Source: a virus. From it: DNA of 64,000 nucleotides. The notes under the pieces are model-generated. The model was given only the letters and a program-made list of their open reading frames with translations, was not told the origin of the DNA and ran no database searches. Below, piece by piece: positions 18,001 through 26,436 of this stretch. Positions within the stretch are counted from its first letter, which is position 1, and the number at the start of each line of letters is the position of its first letter. Both the position numbers and the translations under genes were made by a program. The DNA lies in IMG/VR virus record IMGVR_UViG_3300046674_000532; one strand, given 5' to 3'.

Positions 18001-18294
18001 TCAGGGCCGGTACCAGGCGTTCGTCTTCACCACGCTGTCCAGCGCCCGCAGGCCTGCCAGCTCGGCCGCATCCGCCCGCGCCCCGACCTCCGCGTCCGCC
18101 ACCGCCTCGAGCGCCTCCGCATCACGGACCGCCTGCTCGGCCGTCGACCGCCGCCGCCACGCCCGCAGCTCCACCACGTTGTCCGGCACACTCGGACGGC
18201 GCTTCTCCCACCACAAGGCCACCGGCACCCCGAGCAGGGCCAAGAGCAGGATCGCCGGAATCACCCAGCGCTGGGCGTCAGAGAAAGGGGGCAT
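18001..18294 (-). CDS. small N-terminally membrane-anchored protein
   Basis: TM segment WVIPAILLLALLGVPVALWW followed by a charged helical tail. Confidence 0.6.
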   Translation of the reverse strand: MPPFSDAQRWVIPAILLLALLGVPVALWWEKRRPSVPDNVVELRAWRRRSTAEQAVRDAEALEAVADAEVGARADAAELAGLRALDSVVKTNAWYRP

Positions 18295-18368
18295 GACGGA
18301 ACTCCGTTCGGCGACAGCCGGGATGAGGTGGGTGGTGGTGCGGCGGCCCGCCGGAGCGGGCCGGATGG

Positions 18369-18999
18369 TCAGGCGGCGGAAATGACCTCGTCCGCGCCAT
18401 TCATCGGGATACCGAACCCGGCAGCGACAACATGCTGGAGGACAACCGGAGTACGGGAGAAACAGGCAACAGGCGGGACGGCGGTCAGTTCTCTTCTTGA
18501 TCCGGCTTGGGGGCCAGCCGAGATACAGCCGAAAGGGATATGCAGGACCTCGTGCGAGGAGTCGTTCCCTCTACTGGGCAGCTCGTCCTTCGGTACGGGG
18601 CGGTGATCACTGCTCGCCGCCCTCGGCGCCTGCGGCCAGGAGGCCGGCAAGGCTCTGGAGGTGGGCGGCCGGGCCGAGGTCGGTGTAGAAGGAGCCTGCG
18701 GGCAGCGGGGGCAACTGCGCGGGCACGGCCTGGTGCACGAGCGGCTGGTCCGCCAGACCGAGCCCCTTACCGGCGCGCGACCACGCCTGGCACGGCGGAG
18801 ACCAGATCTGCTTCTTCGACCGCCCCTTGAATGGAGCGGTCGGGTACTGGGCGACGTCGCACTGGATAGTCAGGTGGCCCGCCGCCGCGCGGGTCTTGCA
18901 CGCTGCGGTGTCCCACTCCAGCCCCACATCGCGAAGGCCAAGCAGCCGCAGCCCTTCCGACCAGCCACCAGGCCCTGCGAACCCGTCGAGGATCGTCAT
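18369..18999 (-). pseudogene. decayed DNA (cytosine-5) methyltransferase
   Basis: ORF 18607..18999 carries motif I (ILDGFAGPGGWSEG) and motif IV (SPPCQAWS), then stops after 130 aa. A second frame (18369..18650) retains a motif-X-like TAVPPVA. ENV, QxRxR and the target-recognition region are missing. Total span of 210 codons is too short, and GC3 drops in 18369..18600. Confidence 0.55.
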
Positions 19000-19955
19000 C
19001 AGGCGGCGCTCCTCTCTGCGGCGTTGGCCTGGGCGGCCTGTTCCTTCAACTGGGCGATGCGGCGCGTCAGGAGGTCCTCAACGCGCACGTCCATCTCGCC
19101 GACCTTCACCGTCTCGTCCAGAAGGCCGTGCTTCCTGGCGTCGGCAAGGTTCTGCTCGCACGACAGACGGTTCTTCCACCCGGCGTTGATTTTCTCCTTG
19201 AGGCCTTCCAGCGTGGTCCCCGCAGCCTGCTCCTGCCGGTGCACGTCCTCCCGCTGCTCTTCCGTAGGACTGGCAGGCACGGCATCTACCGCTTCCTGCT
19301 TCGCGGCCGCTACATCCGGCTCGGCCTCCACCTTGTCGTCCTTGAACTCGGCCTCCTTCGGCGCCTTCCAGTACGGAAGCGACGACTGCACCACCGGGGA
19401 CAGACGGCCCTTGTTGTACAGGGACAGGCCGAACTGATCACCCAGGTTGGTGGCCGCCCGCTTCAAGGCCTGCGAGTCGGCGGTCTTCAGCGCCAGGTCG
19501 TGAGCATCGGCCCGGGACGGCTGGTTCGTGGCGTCCCCGGTGGCGATGCCGTGCCAGTGGCCCAGCTCGATCCCGTCCACCTTCACCGACAGGCGAACCG
19601 CGACGCGGTAGATGACCGTCCACGCATCGAAGGGGTTCCCGTACGGGCGACCGTTCTTGTCCTTCTTCTGGTGGTCCGGGATGCAGGTCTCGGCGATCAG
19701 CGTCGACTCCAGCAGGTCGGTGTCGTGCCCGCCGAACCCGAAGATGCGGATCAGGTAGCGCCGAATGTCCCAGGCCTCCATGTGCGCGAAGCCCTTGCCG
19801 TCCGAACCCACCCGGTCCGGGTCAACGGGGCGCAGCAGCTGGGCGATCTGGAGGTCGGACAGGGTGCCCAGGCGGCGGGCCGGGGCCTGGTTTTGGGTGT
19901 GCGAGGTGGGGCCCTCCGCCGTCGTGCTGGCGAGGGCCTCGGTGGCCGGGGCCAT
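18999..19955 (-). CDS. Rad52/Sak-family single-strand annealing protein
   Basis: GFAHMEAWDIRRYLIRIFGFGGH and ALKRAATNLGDQFGLSLY match the Rad52-fold annealase core; charged coiled C-terminal half. Confidence 0.75.
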   Translation of the reverse strand: MAPATEALASTTAEGPTSHTQNQAPARRLGTLSDLQIAQLLRPVDPDRVGSDGKGFAHMEAWDIRRYLIRIFGFGGHDTDLLESTLIAETCIPDHQKKDKNGRPYGNPFDAWTVIYRVAVRLSVKVDGIELGHWHGIATGDATNQPSRADAHDLALKTADSQALKRAATNLGDQFGLSLYNKGRLSPVVQSSLPYWKAPKEAEFKDDKVEAEPDVAAAKQEAVDAVPASPTEEQREDVHRQEQAAGTTLEGLKEKINAGWKNRLSCEQNLADARKHGLLDETVKVGEMDVRVEDLLTRRIAQLKEQAAQANAAERSAA

Positions 19956-20038
19956 GAGGTCTCTCCTATGAGGTTGTGCGAAGTACGGGGCGCGGGGCCC
20001 GGCTGGTGTCGGCGTCCAGGCCGACCCCGCGCAGACGG

Positions 20039-20932
20039 CTATGCGGCGGGCTCGCCGAGGCGGTCCTTCAGGATCGCCACCGCGATCGAACCGGGGAACA
20101 TCTTGTAATCCAGGGCCTCAGATACCCGCGGCTCCACGTCACGGAGCTGCTCGAGCAGGTCGGCGTTCACCCGGACCGGCAGCCACGTCGCATCGTCCAG
20201 CGACCGGCTACCCGGCGCCGCCTTCGACGGACGCGGCGGCAGCCACTCCCCGCCGGCCAGCGAACGGATCCCGTCCTCCAGAACCTTCTGCAGCGCCACG
20301 CCCTGACGGCCGGACTCGGCAATGAGGTGCTGCTCCAGGGGCTTCAGGACCCGCAGCTTCAGCATCTCCACACCGACCGGACTGTCGACGCCCAGCTCCT
20401 CCGTCATCCACAGCAGAGCGATACCGCCCTCCGTGATGGGATAGCCGGCCTCCTCCGACAGCGACGCCAGCCGCTCCTGCACCTGCGCCCGCAGGTCCGC
20501 GTCGATGTTGACGGTCATCACCGCGCGGCCGGGGCGCCGTTCACCCTTCAGCCAGCGCTTCGTCTTACGCTGCGGCGGCAGCCACCTGCCCTCCAGCACC
20601 AGTCGGTAGCCGTCCTCGACCACATCGGTCAGCAGCACACCCAGCTCGTCCGCAGCCGCCCTCAGGGCGTCCCGCATATCCGTGTTCGTGGTGATGGTCA
20701 GCGGCGACTTGCCGGGCCCGTCAGCGGGAGCGGCGTCACGCAGCAGCGTCCACCCGCCCCGCACCAGGACCGCCCGGACATCGGCAGCCGAGTCGGGATG
20801 GCCGGCGTCCTCCAGACGCTGGGCGGCGAGGGTCAGACGGTCGTGGATGGGACGGGCCACGTGGAGCGGTCCTCTCGGATGGCACCTCCCCGGCTCCTTG
20901 CGGGCCGGCGGGTGCGTGGGGGCGTTGGCCAC
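20039..20932 (-). CDS. hypothetical protein with an internal duplication
   Basis: GTG at 20932 with GGAGG RBS. Two related segments: VVEDGYRLVLEGRWLPPQR and VLEDGIRSLAGGEWLPPRP. Confidence 0.6.
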   Translation of the reverse strand: MANAPTHPPARKEPGRCHPRGPLHVARPIHDRLTLAAQRLEDAGHPDSAADVRAVLVRGGWTLLRDAAPADGPGKSPLTITTNTDMRDALRAAADELGVLLTDVVEDGYRLVLEGRWLPPQRKTKRWLKGERRPGRAVMTVNIDADLRAQVQERLASLSEEAGYPITEGGIALLWMTEELGVDSPVGVEMLKLRVLKPLEQHLIAESGRQGVALQKVLEDGIRSLAGGEWLPPRPSKAAPGSRSLDDATWLPVRVNADLLEQLRDVEPRVSEALDYKMFPGSIAVAILKDRLGEPAA

Positions 20933-20949
20933 GCCAGTTTCCTCCAAAC

Positions 20950-20963
20950 GGCAGTTCAATGCC
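20950..20963. promoter_or_regulatory. truncated copy of the 19-bp operator (GGCAGTTCAATGCC)
   Basis: Matches the right 14 nt of the 7170 copy with one change; sits 5 nt from the RBS of gene 20039..20932. Confidence 0.4.
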
Positions 20964-21007
20964 ATGCCCGGAGGCTCTGGCAGTGGGGCGGCACCCCAAC
21001 AACCCCA

Positions 21008-21055
21008 ACGATACTGCCACAGGCATTGCAATGCAATGCCTCACGGGTCTATGGT
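21008..21055. promoter_or_regulatory. divergent promoter pair sharing operator copy 3
   Basis: Perfect palindrome GGCATTGCAATGCAATGCC (21022..21040). Rightward: TTGCAA-18 nt-TATGGT (21050..21055). Leftward: TTGCAT-17 nt-TATCGT (21008..21013). Confidence 0.55.
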
Positions 21056-21085
21056 GGAACCAACACCACGAACCAGGGGGCCACC

Positions 21086-21535
21086 GTGCGGAATACCAAG
21101 AACCAGACCACCACCCGCACGCTCACCGACCTCCTCCGCGCCGCCGGCCGCCAGCACGCCGTCACCATCACCTACCTCAAGCCCGGCGAGACCGAGCCCA
21201 CCGTCCGCACCATCGAGATCCACGAGATCCGCACCACCGCCGTGAAGATCAAGAAGACCGGCAAGGTCACCGGCGGAGGCCTCGTCATCATCGCCATGTG
21301 CCGACTCCGCGGAGAGGGAAGGGAATTCCACCTCTCCGGCATCCTCGCCTACACGCTCCACCGCATCCCCTACGTCCTCAAGCGCCCCGCCAACACCACC
21401 TACCAGCCCGCCGCCCCCCAGCCCACCGACGACGCGGACGCCCTCTTCTTCCACGAGCTCGCCCGCGACCAGGACGACGCCGACTACCGTCCCCGCGTCA
21501 AGCTCACCCAGGCCGACACCGACCTCGCCGCCTGA
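21086..21535 (+). CDS. WYL-like domain protein
   Basis: GTG at 21086. AVTITYLKPGETEPTVRTIEIHEI ... LVIIAMCRLRGEGREFHLSGILAY follows the WYL-domain strand pattern (x-Y-x...R-x-F-x-L-x-x-I). Only the last 149 codons of ORF 19976..21535 are accepted. Confidence 0.5.
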   Translation: MRNTKNQTTTRTLTDLLRAAGRQHAVTITYLKPGETEPTVRTIEIHEIRTTAVKIKKTGKVTGGGLVIIAMCRLRGEGREFHLSGILAYTLHRIPYVLKRPANTTYQPAAPQPTDDADALFFHELARDQDDADYRPRVKLTQADTDLAA

Positions 21536-21545
21536 AAGGCACCCC

Positions 21546-21821
21546 GTGATTACCTACTTCACTGCGCCTGGCACGCTCGCCGAAGCCCTGCATGTACTGG
21601 CGGAACGGATGGAACGTGTCGAGGAGCGCATCGGGCACGTCGCGCTGGCCAACATGATGAGCGCCGTACTCGACGGCCCCGGGCATACCGCCTGGACACC
21701 GACCGAACACCCGGAGCTGGCCCGGAAGATGCAGGACGCCATCGTCCCGGACGGCTTCCTGAGCCCGGTTCCGACGGCCGGGCAGGTGCGGCAGGCCGCC
21801 GACGCCGCCCGCAGTTCCTGA
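21546..21821 (+). CDS. hypothetical protein
   Basis: GTG start with AAAGG RBS, 91 aa. Confidence 0.55.
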   Translation: MITYFTAPGTLAEALHVLAERMERVEERIGHVALANMMSAVLDGPGHTAWTPTEHPELARKMQDAIVPDGFLSPVPTAGQVRQAADAARSS

Positions 21822-21835
21822 CCCCGGACATGACG

Positions 21836-21868
21836 AAGGCCACCACCCTCAAGGGGGTTGGTGGCCTT
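21836..21868 (+). terminator. hairpin after gene 21546..21821
   Basis: AAGGCCACCA-13 nt-TGGTGGCCTT, then TTCC. Confidence 0.55.
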
Positions 21869-21947
21869 TCCATACGGATCACGCACGCGCAGCGTAGCGG
21901 ATCTATGTGCACGCACGCCAGACCTGTTCAGGGATGACACTGGGGAC

Positions 21948-22145
21948 ATGGCCACGAACCGTCAGGAAGCGCTGATCGAGGAGCCGTCGGGACGCCGGCG
22001 CGTGTGGTGCCGGGGTGTCGGCTGCGGCCGTGAACTGACAGATCAGGTGTCACGCACGAGAGGCTTCGGCGAGGAGTGCGACCCCGAGCCCCGAACCCGG
22101 CCGCGGACGTTCGTCATCGACCAGGATCCGATCCCCGGGACGTAA
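21948..22145 (+). CDS. small zinc-ribbon-like protein
   Basis: ATG at 21948; WCRGVGCGRELTD...GFGEEC pattern seen in small actinophage/plasmid proteins. Confidence 0.5.
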   Translation: MATNRQEALIEEPSGRRRVWCRGVGCGRELTDQVSRTRGFGEECDPEPRTRPRTFVIDQDPIPGT

Positions 22146-22147
22146 TG

Positions 22148-22187
22148 GCCGCGGGCCCGTCGCCGATGGGGAGCGCGGGCCCGCGGC
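22148..22187 (+). terminator. 10-bp GC stem hairpin
   Basis: GCCGCGGGCC-20 nt-GGCCCGCGGC starting 3 nt after the TAA stop. Confidence 0.55.
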
Positions 22188-22565
22188 AGGGGGCGGGAGC
22201 TTCACCTGGGGGGATCTGCTCGACCGCCGTGCGGGAACGGTACGCCCGCCCCGGTTGGTACGTACAGCCTTCAACAGAAATATCTACGGCCCGGGTCACC
22301 GGCCGCCCCCGGGGCGCTCCGGAGGAGAGCGGGGGCAGCGGATGCGCCGTTCCGGCATAGCGTGATCCCAGGGACTTGGTAGGGGATGCCGACCCATCCT
22401 CACCCCCTCCGACCAGGACTTTACGAACCCTCCGAACCCCCACCCACCAGGAGAGGCCGCGCACGCCCCGCCCCGCACCCCCGGCCGAACCGCAACCACC
22501 ACCGCACCAGGGTGGACGGTCCTGAGGGTTTGTAAAGATTGATCTATGTCGTGGCGGGCGCCACT

Positions 22566-23423
22566 ATGGACCCCATGGACCCCCGCGCCCTGCTCGACGC
22601 CTGGCTCACCTCAGGACTGCTCCGCCAGTCCACCGTCGGCCGCTACCAGCCGCAGGTCGACCAGTGGCTCACCTGGTGCGAGGCGAATGGTGTCCACCCC
22701 TACACCGCCGGCCTGCGCGAAGTCGCCGCCTTCTGCGGCCAGCGCCTCGCCCCCCACCTCGACGGACGGCCCTTCAACGGACCCGACGACCTCGCCCGCC
22801 TCGCCCAGGAGGCCCCCGACGTCGCCGGCACCCACGACGGCTACATCACCGCCATCACCGGCTACTACACCGCCGCCCACACCCGCGGCCTCATCCCCGG
22901 CATCCCCGACCTCACCGAGCTCCGCGCCGGCATCGACCGCGACCCCGGCGCCCCCCAGAAGCTGAACCCCCGAGAACGCGCCGTCCTCCTCTACTGCATC
23001 GGCATGTGGAACCAGACCAACGCCCGCCACTACCGGCGCGACCGCCTCATCGCCTACCTCCTCCTCGAAGGCATGCGGCCCGGCGAGATCGTCCGACTCG
23101 ACTCCCGCCACCTCTACCCCCAGCCCGACGGCACCACCGAAGTCCGCGCCCCCGACTACGACTTCGAAGCCCTCGGCCCCCAGTTCGTCCTCGACCCCAT
23201 CACCGGCGCCGCCCTCCAGGACTACCTCCCCCACCGGCCCCGCCCCGCCGAAGGCGTCCACGCCCTCATCCTCGGCCAAGGCGGACGCCCCGTCGTCTCC
23301 CGCTACCCCAACATGCTGATCCGGCAGATCGCCGCCCTCCACCCGATCCTCGCCCAACGCCAGCCACCCGTCACCGCCGACGCCGTCGCCCACACCGGCC
23401 TCTGGGACATCCCCGAAACCTGA
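22566..23423 (+). CDS. tyrosine-recombinase-like protein lacking the C-terminal catalytic motifs
   Basis: N-terminal SAM-like core-binding region and the first catalytic Arg context (LLLEGMRPGEIVRLD). The protein ends at ...TADAVAHTGLWDIPET with no HxxR, second His or nucleophile Tyr visible. Confidence 0.6.
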   Translation: MDPMDPRALLDAWLTSGLLRQSTVGRYQPQVDQWLTWCEANGVHPYTAGLREVAAFCGQRLAPHLDGRPFNGPDDLARLAQEAPDVAGTHDGYITAITGYYTAAHTRGLIPGIPDLTELRAGIDRDPGAPQKLNPRERAVLLYCIGMWNQTNARHYRRDRLIAYLLLEGMRPGEIVRLDSRHLYPQPDGTTEVRAPDYDFEALGPQFVLDPITGAALQDYLPHRPRPAEGVHALILGQGGRPVVSRYPNMLIRQIAALHPILAQRQPPVTADAVAHTGLWDIPET

Positions 23424-23575
23424 CCCCAGTAGCGCTGTAGAAACTGCGGGGCCGATGTCGGGGGTGGCTTGTACGGTCTTTCTGACCAGGAACAACGTCC
23501 GATCAGGTGGATCACTTCCGAATGACGGGTTATGTCCTTGGTGAGGGCGCACCGTGCGCCCGCCGAAGGAGCCCC

Positions 23576-23770
23576 ATGGACCGGACACCCTTTGCTCTTG
23601 CAGTGGCCAGCCTGATCCTGCAAGCCCTAACTTTCCTCAGCCCACCCAGCCCCGCCCCCATCCGGACCGAGGTCACCGTGACCCTCCAGGTGCCAGCCAC
23701 CGCCCCCACCTGCATCTGGGCCACCCCACCAGGCGGCTATTCCGGCCCGGTGCGCGTCACGTCCTGGTGA
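23576..23770 (+). CDS. possible small membrane/secreted protein
   Basis: ATG at 23576 with GAAGGAG RBS; hydrophobic N-terminus FALAVASLILQALTFL. Confidence 0.4.
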   Translation: MDRTPFALAVASLILQALTFLSPPSPAPIRTEVTVTLQVPATAPTCIWATPPGGYSGPVRVTSW

Positions 23771-23821
23771 GGCCTGTCAAACTCGGCGGCGCGCGGAAGC
23801 CCGTACTGGCAGGATCGCCCC

Positions 23822-24790
23822 ATGCTCATTTCGCCCCGCCCGGGCACCGACCGGGACAACCTCCTCCAGACCCTGCGGTCCGTGCACACCAGCGCCTCCA
23901 ACGAGCACGGCCGCGGCTACGACAACGCCTACAAGCGGCTGCTGGGATATCTGGAGTGGGCGATGGGCGCAGCCCGGCTGCTGCGCAACCAGATCAGCAC
24001 CGAGGACCTGCACGCCTTGGTACTGACGAAGGGCCACGACACCCTGCTGAACGGCATCGGCGACCTCGAGGGTTCACGACGGGAACGCCTGGTGAACCTG
24101 CTTGTCGACCAAGAACTCGCCGAGCGCACCGAGGCACTCGAGGCCACAGTCAACCTGCTCCAATCACTGAGGCACCGCTGGCCAGGACACGAACGGTTCG
24201 TTGTCGCCGACCCCAGCTTCTACATCCAGAACGAGATCAAGCTGGCCGACGTCGACCTGCACCAGGTGCTCGGCATCCGGGAAGAGGCCTTCATCCGGCT
24301 GCTGTTCCCCATCGTGGTGGTCGACGAGCTCGACGGGCTGAAGGACGCGGGCAAGCCGCGGCCCCGGTGGAGGGCAGCCCACACACTCGGCCTCCTCGAC
24401 GGGGTCCTGAACGGCGACACCGAAGGTGTTCTGCACCCCGGAACCTACGACCCCAGCAACGGGGAGACCCTGGGTAAAGTCATCGTGGAAATCGTCCTCG
24501 ATCCTCCCGGGCATGTCCGCCTACCGCTGGCCGACGACGAGATCGTCGACCGGGCGGTCGTCCTCCAAGCCCTCGGCGGCCGCGACGTACGTCTGCTGAC
24601 GTGCGACACCAGCCAGCACACCCGCGGCTGCGCGGCCGGCCTGCAGGTGACGAAGGTCGCGACGAAAGACCCCGGCCCCGAGCCCGACTGGGAGGCCGAG
24701 GGCAAGCCGGGGACCGGCGTACGGGCGCAGCGCCGCGCCAGGCAGGAAGCCAGGAACGGCAGTTCCGCCGAGGCGCCCGCGAACTCATGA
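23822..24790 (+). CDS. PIN-like nuclease domain protein with N-terminal helical domain
   Basis: Acidic PIN-type positions RFVVADPSFY, IVVVDELDGLKD and RLLTCDTSQ; converges on and overlaps the integrase gene by 6 nt. Confidence 0.6.
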   Translation: MLISPRPGTDRDNLLQTLRSVHTSASNEHGRGYDNAYKRLLGYLEWAMGAARLLRNQISTEDLHALVLTKGHDTLLNGIGDLEGSRRERLVNLLVDQELAERTEALEATVNLLQSLRHRWPGHERFVVADPSFYIQNEIKLADVDLHQVLGIREEAFIRLLFPIVVVDELDGLKDAGKPRPRWRAAHTLGLLDGVLNGDTEGVLHPGTYDPSNGETLGKVIVEIVLDPPGHVRLPLADDEIVDRAVVLQALGGRDVRLLTCDTSQHTRGCAAGLQVTKVATKDPGPEPDWEAEGKPGTGVRAQRRARQEARNGSSAEAPANS

Positions 24791-25933
24791 CCCGGCAGGC
24801 CCGGCCTCCTTGACGGCTGCCTTCCCGATCTGCGCGAGCGGGTTGTTCTCGCCCTGGGCGTCGTCCTCGTCTACGTAGCCGATCAGCGCTTTGGACTGGT
24901 CGTCCCAGCCGCCGTGCCGGCCGATCTGCACGATGTCGACGCCCGCGGTCCGGGCCGACTTCACGAAGCCGCGGCGGGAGGAGTGGGAGCGCCACCGGCC
25001 CGGCAGCCCGGTCCGCTCGATGGACCGCTGGATGACGTCGGAGGCGGCCTCGGTCGTCAGCCGTCCGTCCTCGGCGCCGATAGGCTCACCGCCACGCTGC
25101 ATCTCCGGGTTGAGGTAGCCCCAGCGGTCCATGCGCAGGAACAGGGGGCCCACGGTGTGTCCGTTGTCGGCGAGGGCGGCAACCAGGGCGCGGACCGCGC
25201 GGACGGCGCACAGGTCGGGTTCGGGGTCGAGCGGAATGTCGGGGGTCTGCCACATCTTGCGCTTCTTGCGGTAGACGCGGACCTGCAGACCGCCGTCGGG
25301 GAGATCGGTGAAGCTGTCCGGCCAGTTCAGCGGCACGAGTTCGCTGCCGCGCGAGGCCAGCGCGTGACCGAGCAGCATCAGGGCGGCGTCCCGCTTCCCT
25401 GCCAGGGTGGTGCGGTCCAGCTCACCGAGCGCGGTGCGCAGGACGGTCCGGTCGGCGGGGCTCGCCTTCTGCGGGCGGGCGGCCGGGTCCTGGGCGAGGG
25501 CGAGCTGCTCGCGGTAGCCGGCCACGACCTTCCGGGCGCCCATGGTGTCCGGGGGCCGGTACCCGGCGGCCCGGTGGGAGGAGCGGATGGACGCGATGAC
25601 GCGGTCCATCGTGTTCGGTCCGTACGGGCGTCCGGTGCGCGGCCGCGGAGTGCGCTTCAGGTAGGAGAGGTACTCGGTGACGGTCTGCGGCGCAGCCGGC
25701 AGCGGGCGGCGGCCGACGGACAGGCACCATGCGGTGAAGCGGTCCATGTCGCCCTTGTACGCCTTGGTGGTCTCCTCCGGGATTCCGGCCTTGACATCCT
25801 GCTGGGCTTCCTCGGACAGCCAGGCGTCCGGGTCCTCTTCCGTCAACGGGACGGCGGGGGCCCGGTCTTCGGGGATGGCGGGCAGCCGGTCGTCGACCAG
25901 CTCCGCGTCGACCACCTCGTCGCGCATGCTCAC
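24785..25933 (-). CDS. int: tyrosine integrase
   Basis: Catalytic signature present: ALASRGSELVPLNW (Arg), WRSHSSRRGFV (HxxR), GRHGGW (His), ALIGYVD (Tyr). Confidence 0.85.
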   Translation of the reverse strand: MSMRDEVVDAELVDDRLPAIPEDRAPAVPLTEEDPDAWLSEEAQQDVKAGIPEETTKAYKGDMDRFTAWCLSVGRRPLPAAPQTVTEYLSYLKRTPRPRTGRPYGPNTMDRVIASIRSSHRAAGYRPPDTMGARKVVAGYREQLALAQDPAARPQKASPADRTVLRTALGELDRTTLAGKRDAALMLLGHALASRGSELVPLNWPDSFTDLPDGGLQVRVYRKKRKMWQTPDIPLDPEPDLCAVRAVRALVAALADNGHTVGPLFLRMDRWGYLNPEMQRGGEPIGAEDGRLTTEAASDVIQRSIERTGLPGRWRSHSSRRGFVKSARTAGVDIVQIGRHGGWDDQSKALIGYVDEDDAQGENNPLAQIGKAAVKEAGPAGS

Positions 25934-26325
25934 GGCCGCCAGTTCTCCTTGTAGTCCTGGTGCGTGGCGTACTCCAGCGCGTGCAGTTTGATGACGTCCA
26001 TGTAAGCGACGGTGGCCACCTGGGAGTTGTCGTGGTCCCAGTTCATCTCCTTGCCGCGGAGGGTCTGGCCCAGTGCGGCTTCGAACATGTCCAGGGTGGC
26101 TTCGATCGCGTCCAGGTGAGCTTTGAAGCGTCCCAAGGGGACGAGGGCTGTCGTGCCGCCGCCGGTGCCGATCTGGTGCTGTGCCCCTGTGATGACCGGA
26201 CAGTGCACGGCGTCCAGCGTGCTACGGTCGTCGGCGATGCGTTTCCGGAGGAAGGTGGTGAGGTCGTCCACCGCGGGTGGGCCGGACGCGGCAATGACGC
26301 GGTGGGCGATTTCGGCCTCGTTCAC
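25930..26325 (-). CDS. hypothetical protein co-transcribed with int
   Basis: 4-nt overlap with the int start. GTG at 26325 preferred (GGGGAG RBS); alternative ATG at 26391. Confidence 0.55.
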   Translation of the reverse strand: MNEAEIAHRVIAASGPPAVDDLTTFLRKRIADDRSTLDAVHCPVITGAQHQIGTGGGTTALVPLGRFKAHLDAIEATLDMFEAALGQTLRGKEMNWDHDNSQVATVAYMDVIKLHALEYATHQDYKENWRP

Positions 26326-26436
26326 GGGTGTCTCCCCTGCCTCGGATGATCGCTCTACAGAAGGAACATTACTTGGAGCCAGCGTGCGCATTGCCTCCGA
26401 AACAGCGATACCCCCGCACGGTGGCGGGGGTATCGG

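Noticed and set aside
18369-18650. 93-aa ORF as an independent gene
   Set aside because: Low third-position GC and a 44-nt overlap with the methylase fragment. It is better explained as the out-of-frame C-terminal remnant of the decayed methyltransferase.
19976-21535. 519-aa plus-strand ORF
   Set aside because: The first ~370 codons are antisense shadow of gene 20039..20932 (Arg/Pro/Gln-rich) and cross the divergent promoter region. Only 21086..21535 is kept.
22190-22540. C-rich 350-bp gap upstream of the truncated recombinase as a definite attP or host junction
   Set aside because: No tRNA fragment, inverted repeat or composition break sharp enough to call; kept only as an alternative attP candidate.
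15403-23561. Palindrome GCGCAC-N-GTGCGC at 15403..15415 and 23547..23559 as a shared operator
   Set aside because: Only two short GC-rich copies in dissimilar contexts (one downstream of a gene, the other ahead of a small ORF). This is plausibly chance or simple hairpins in 70% GC DNA.
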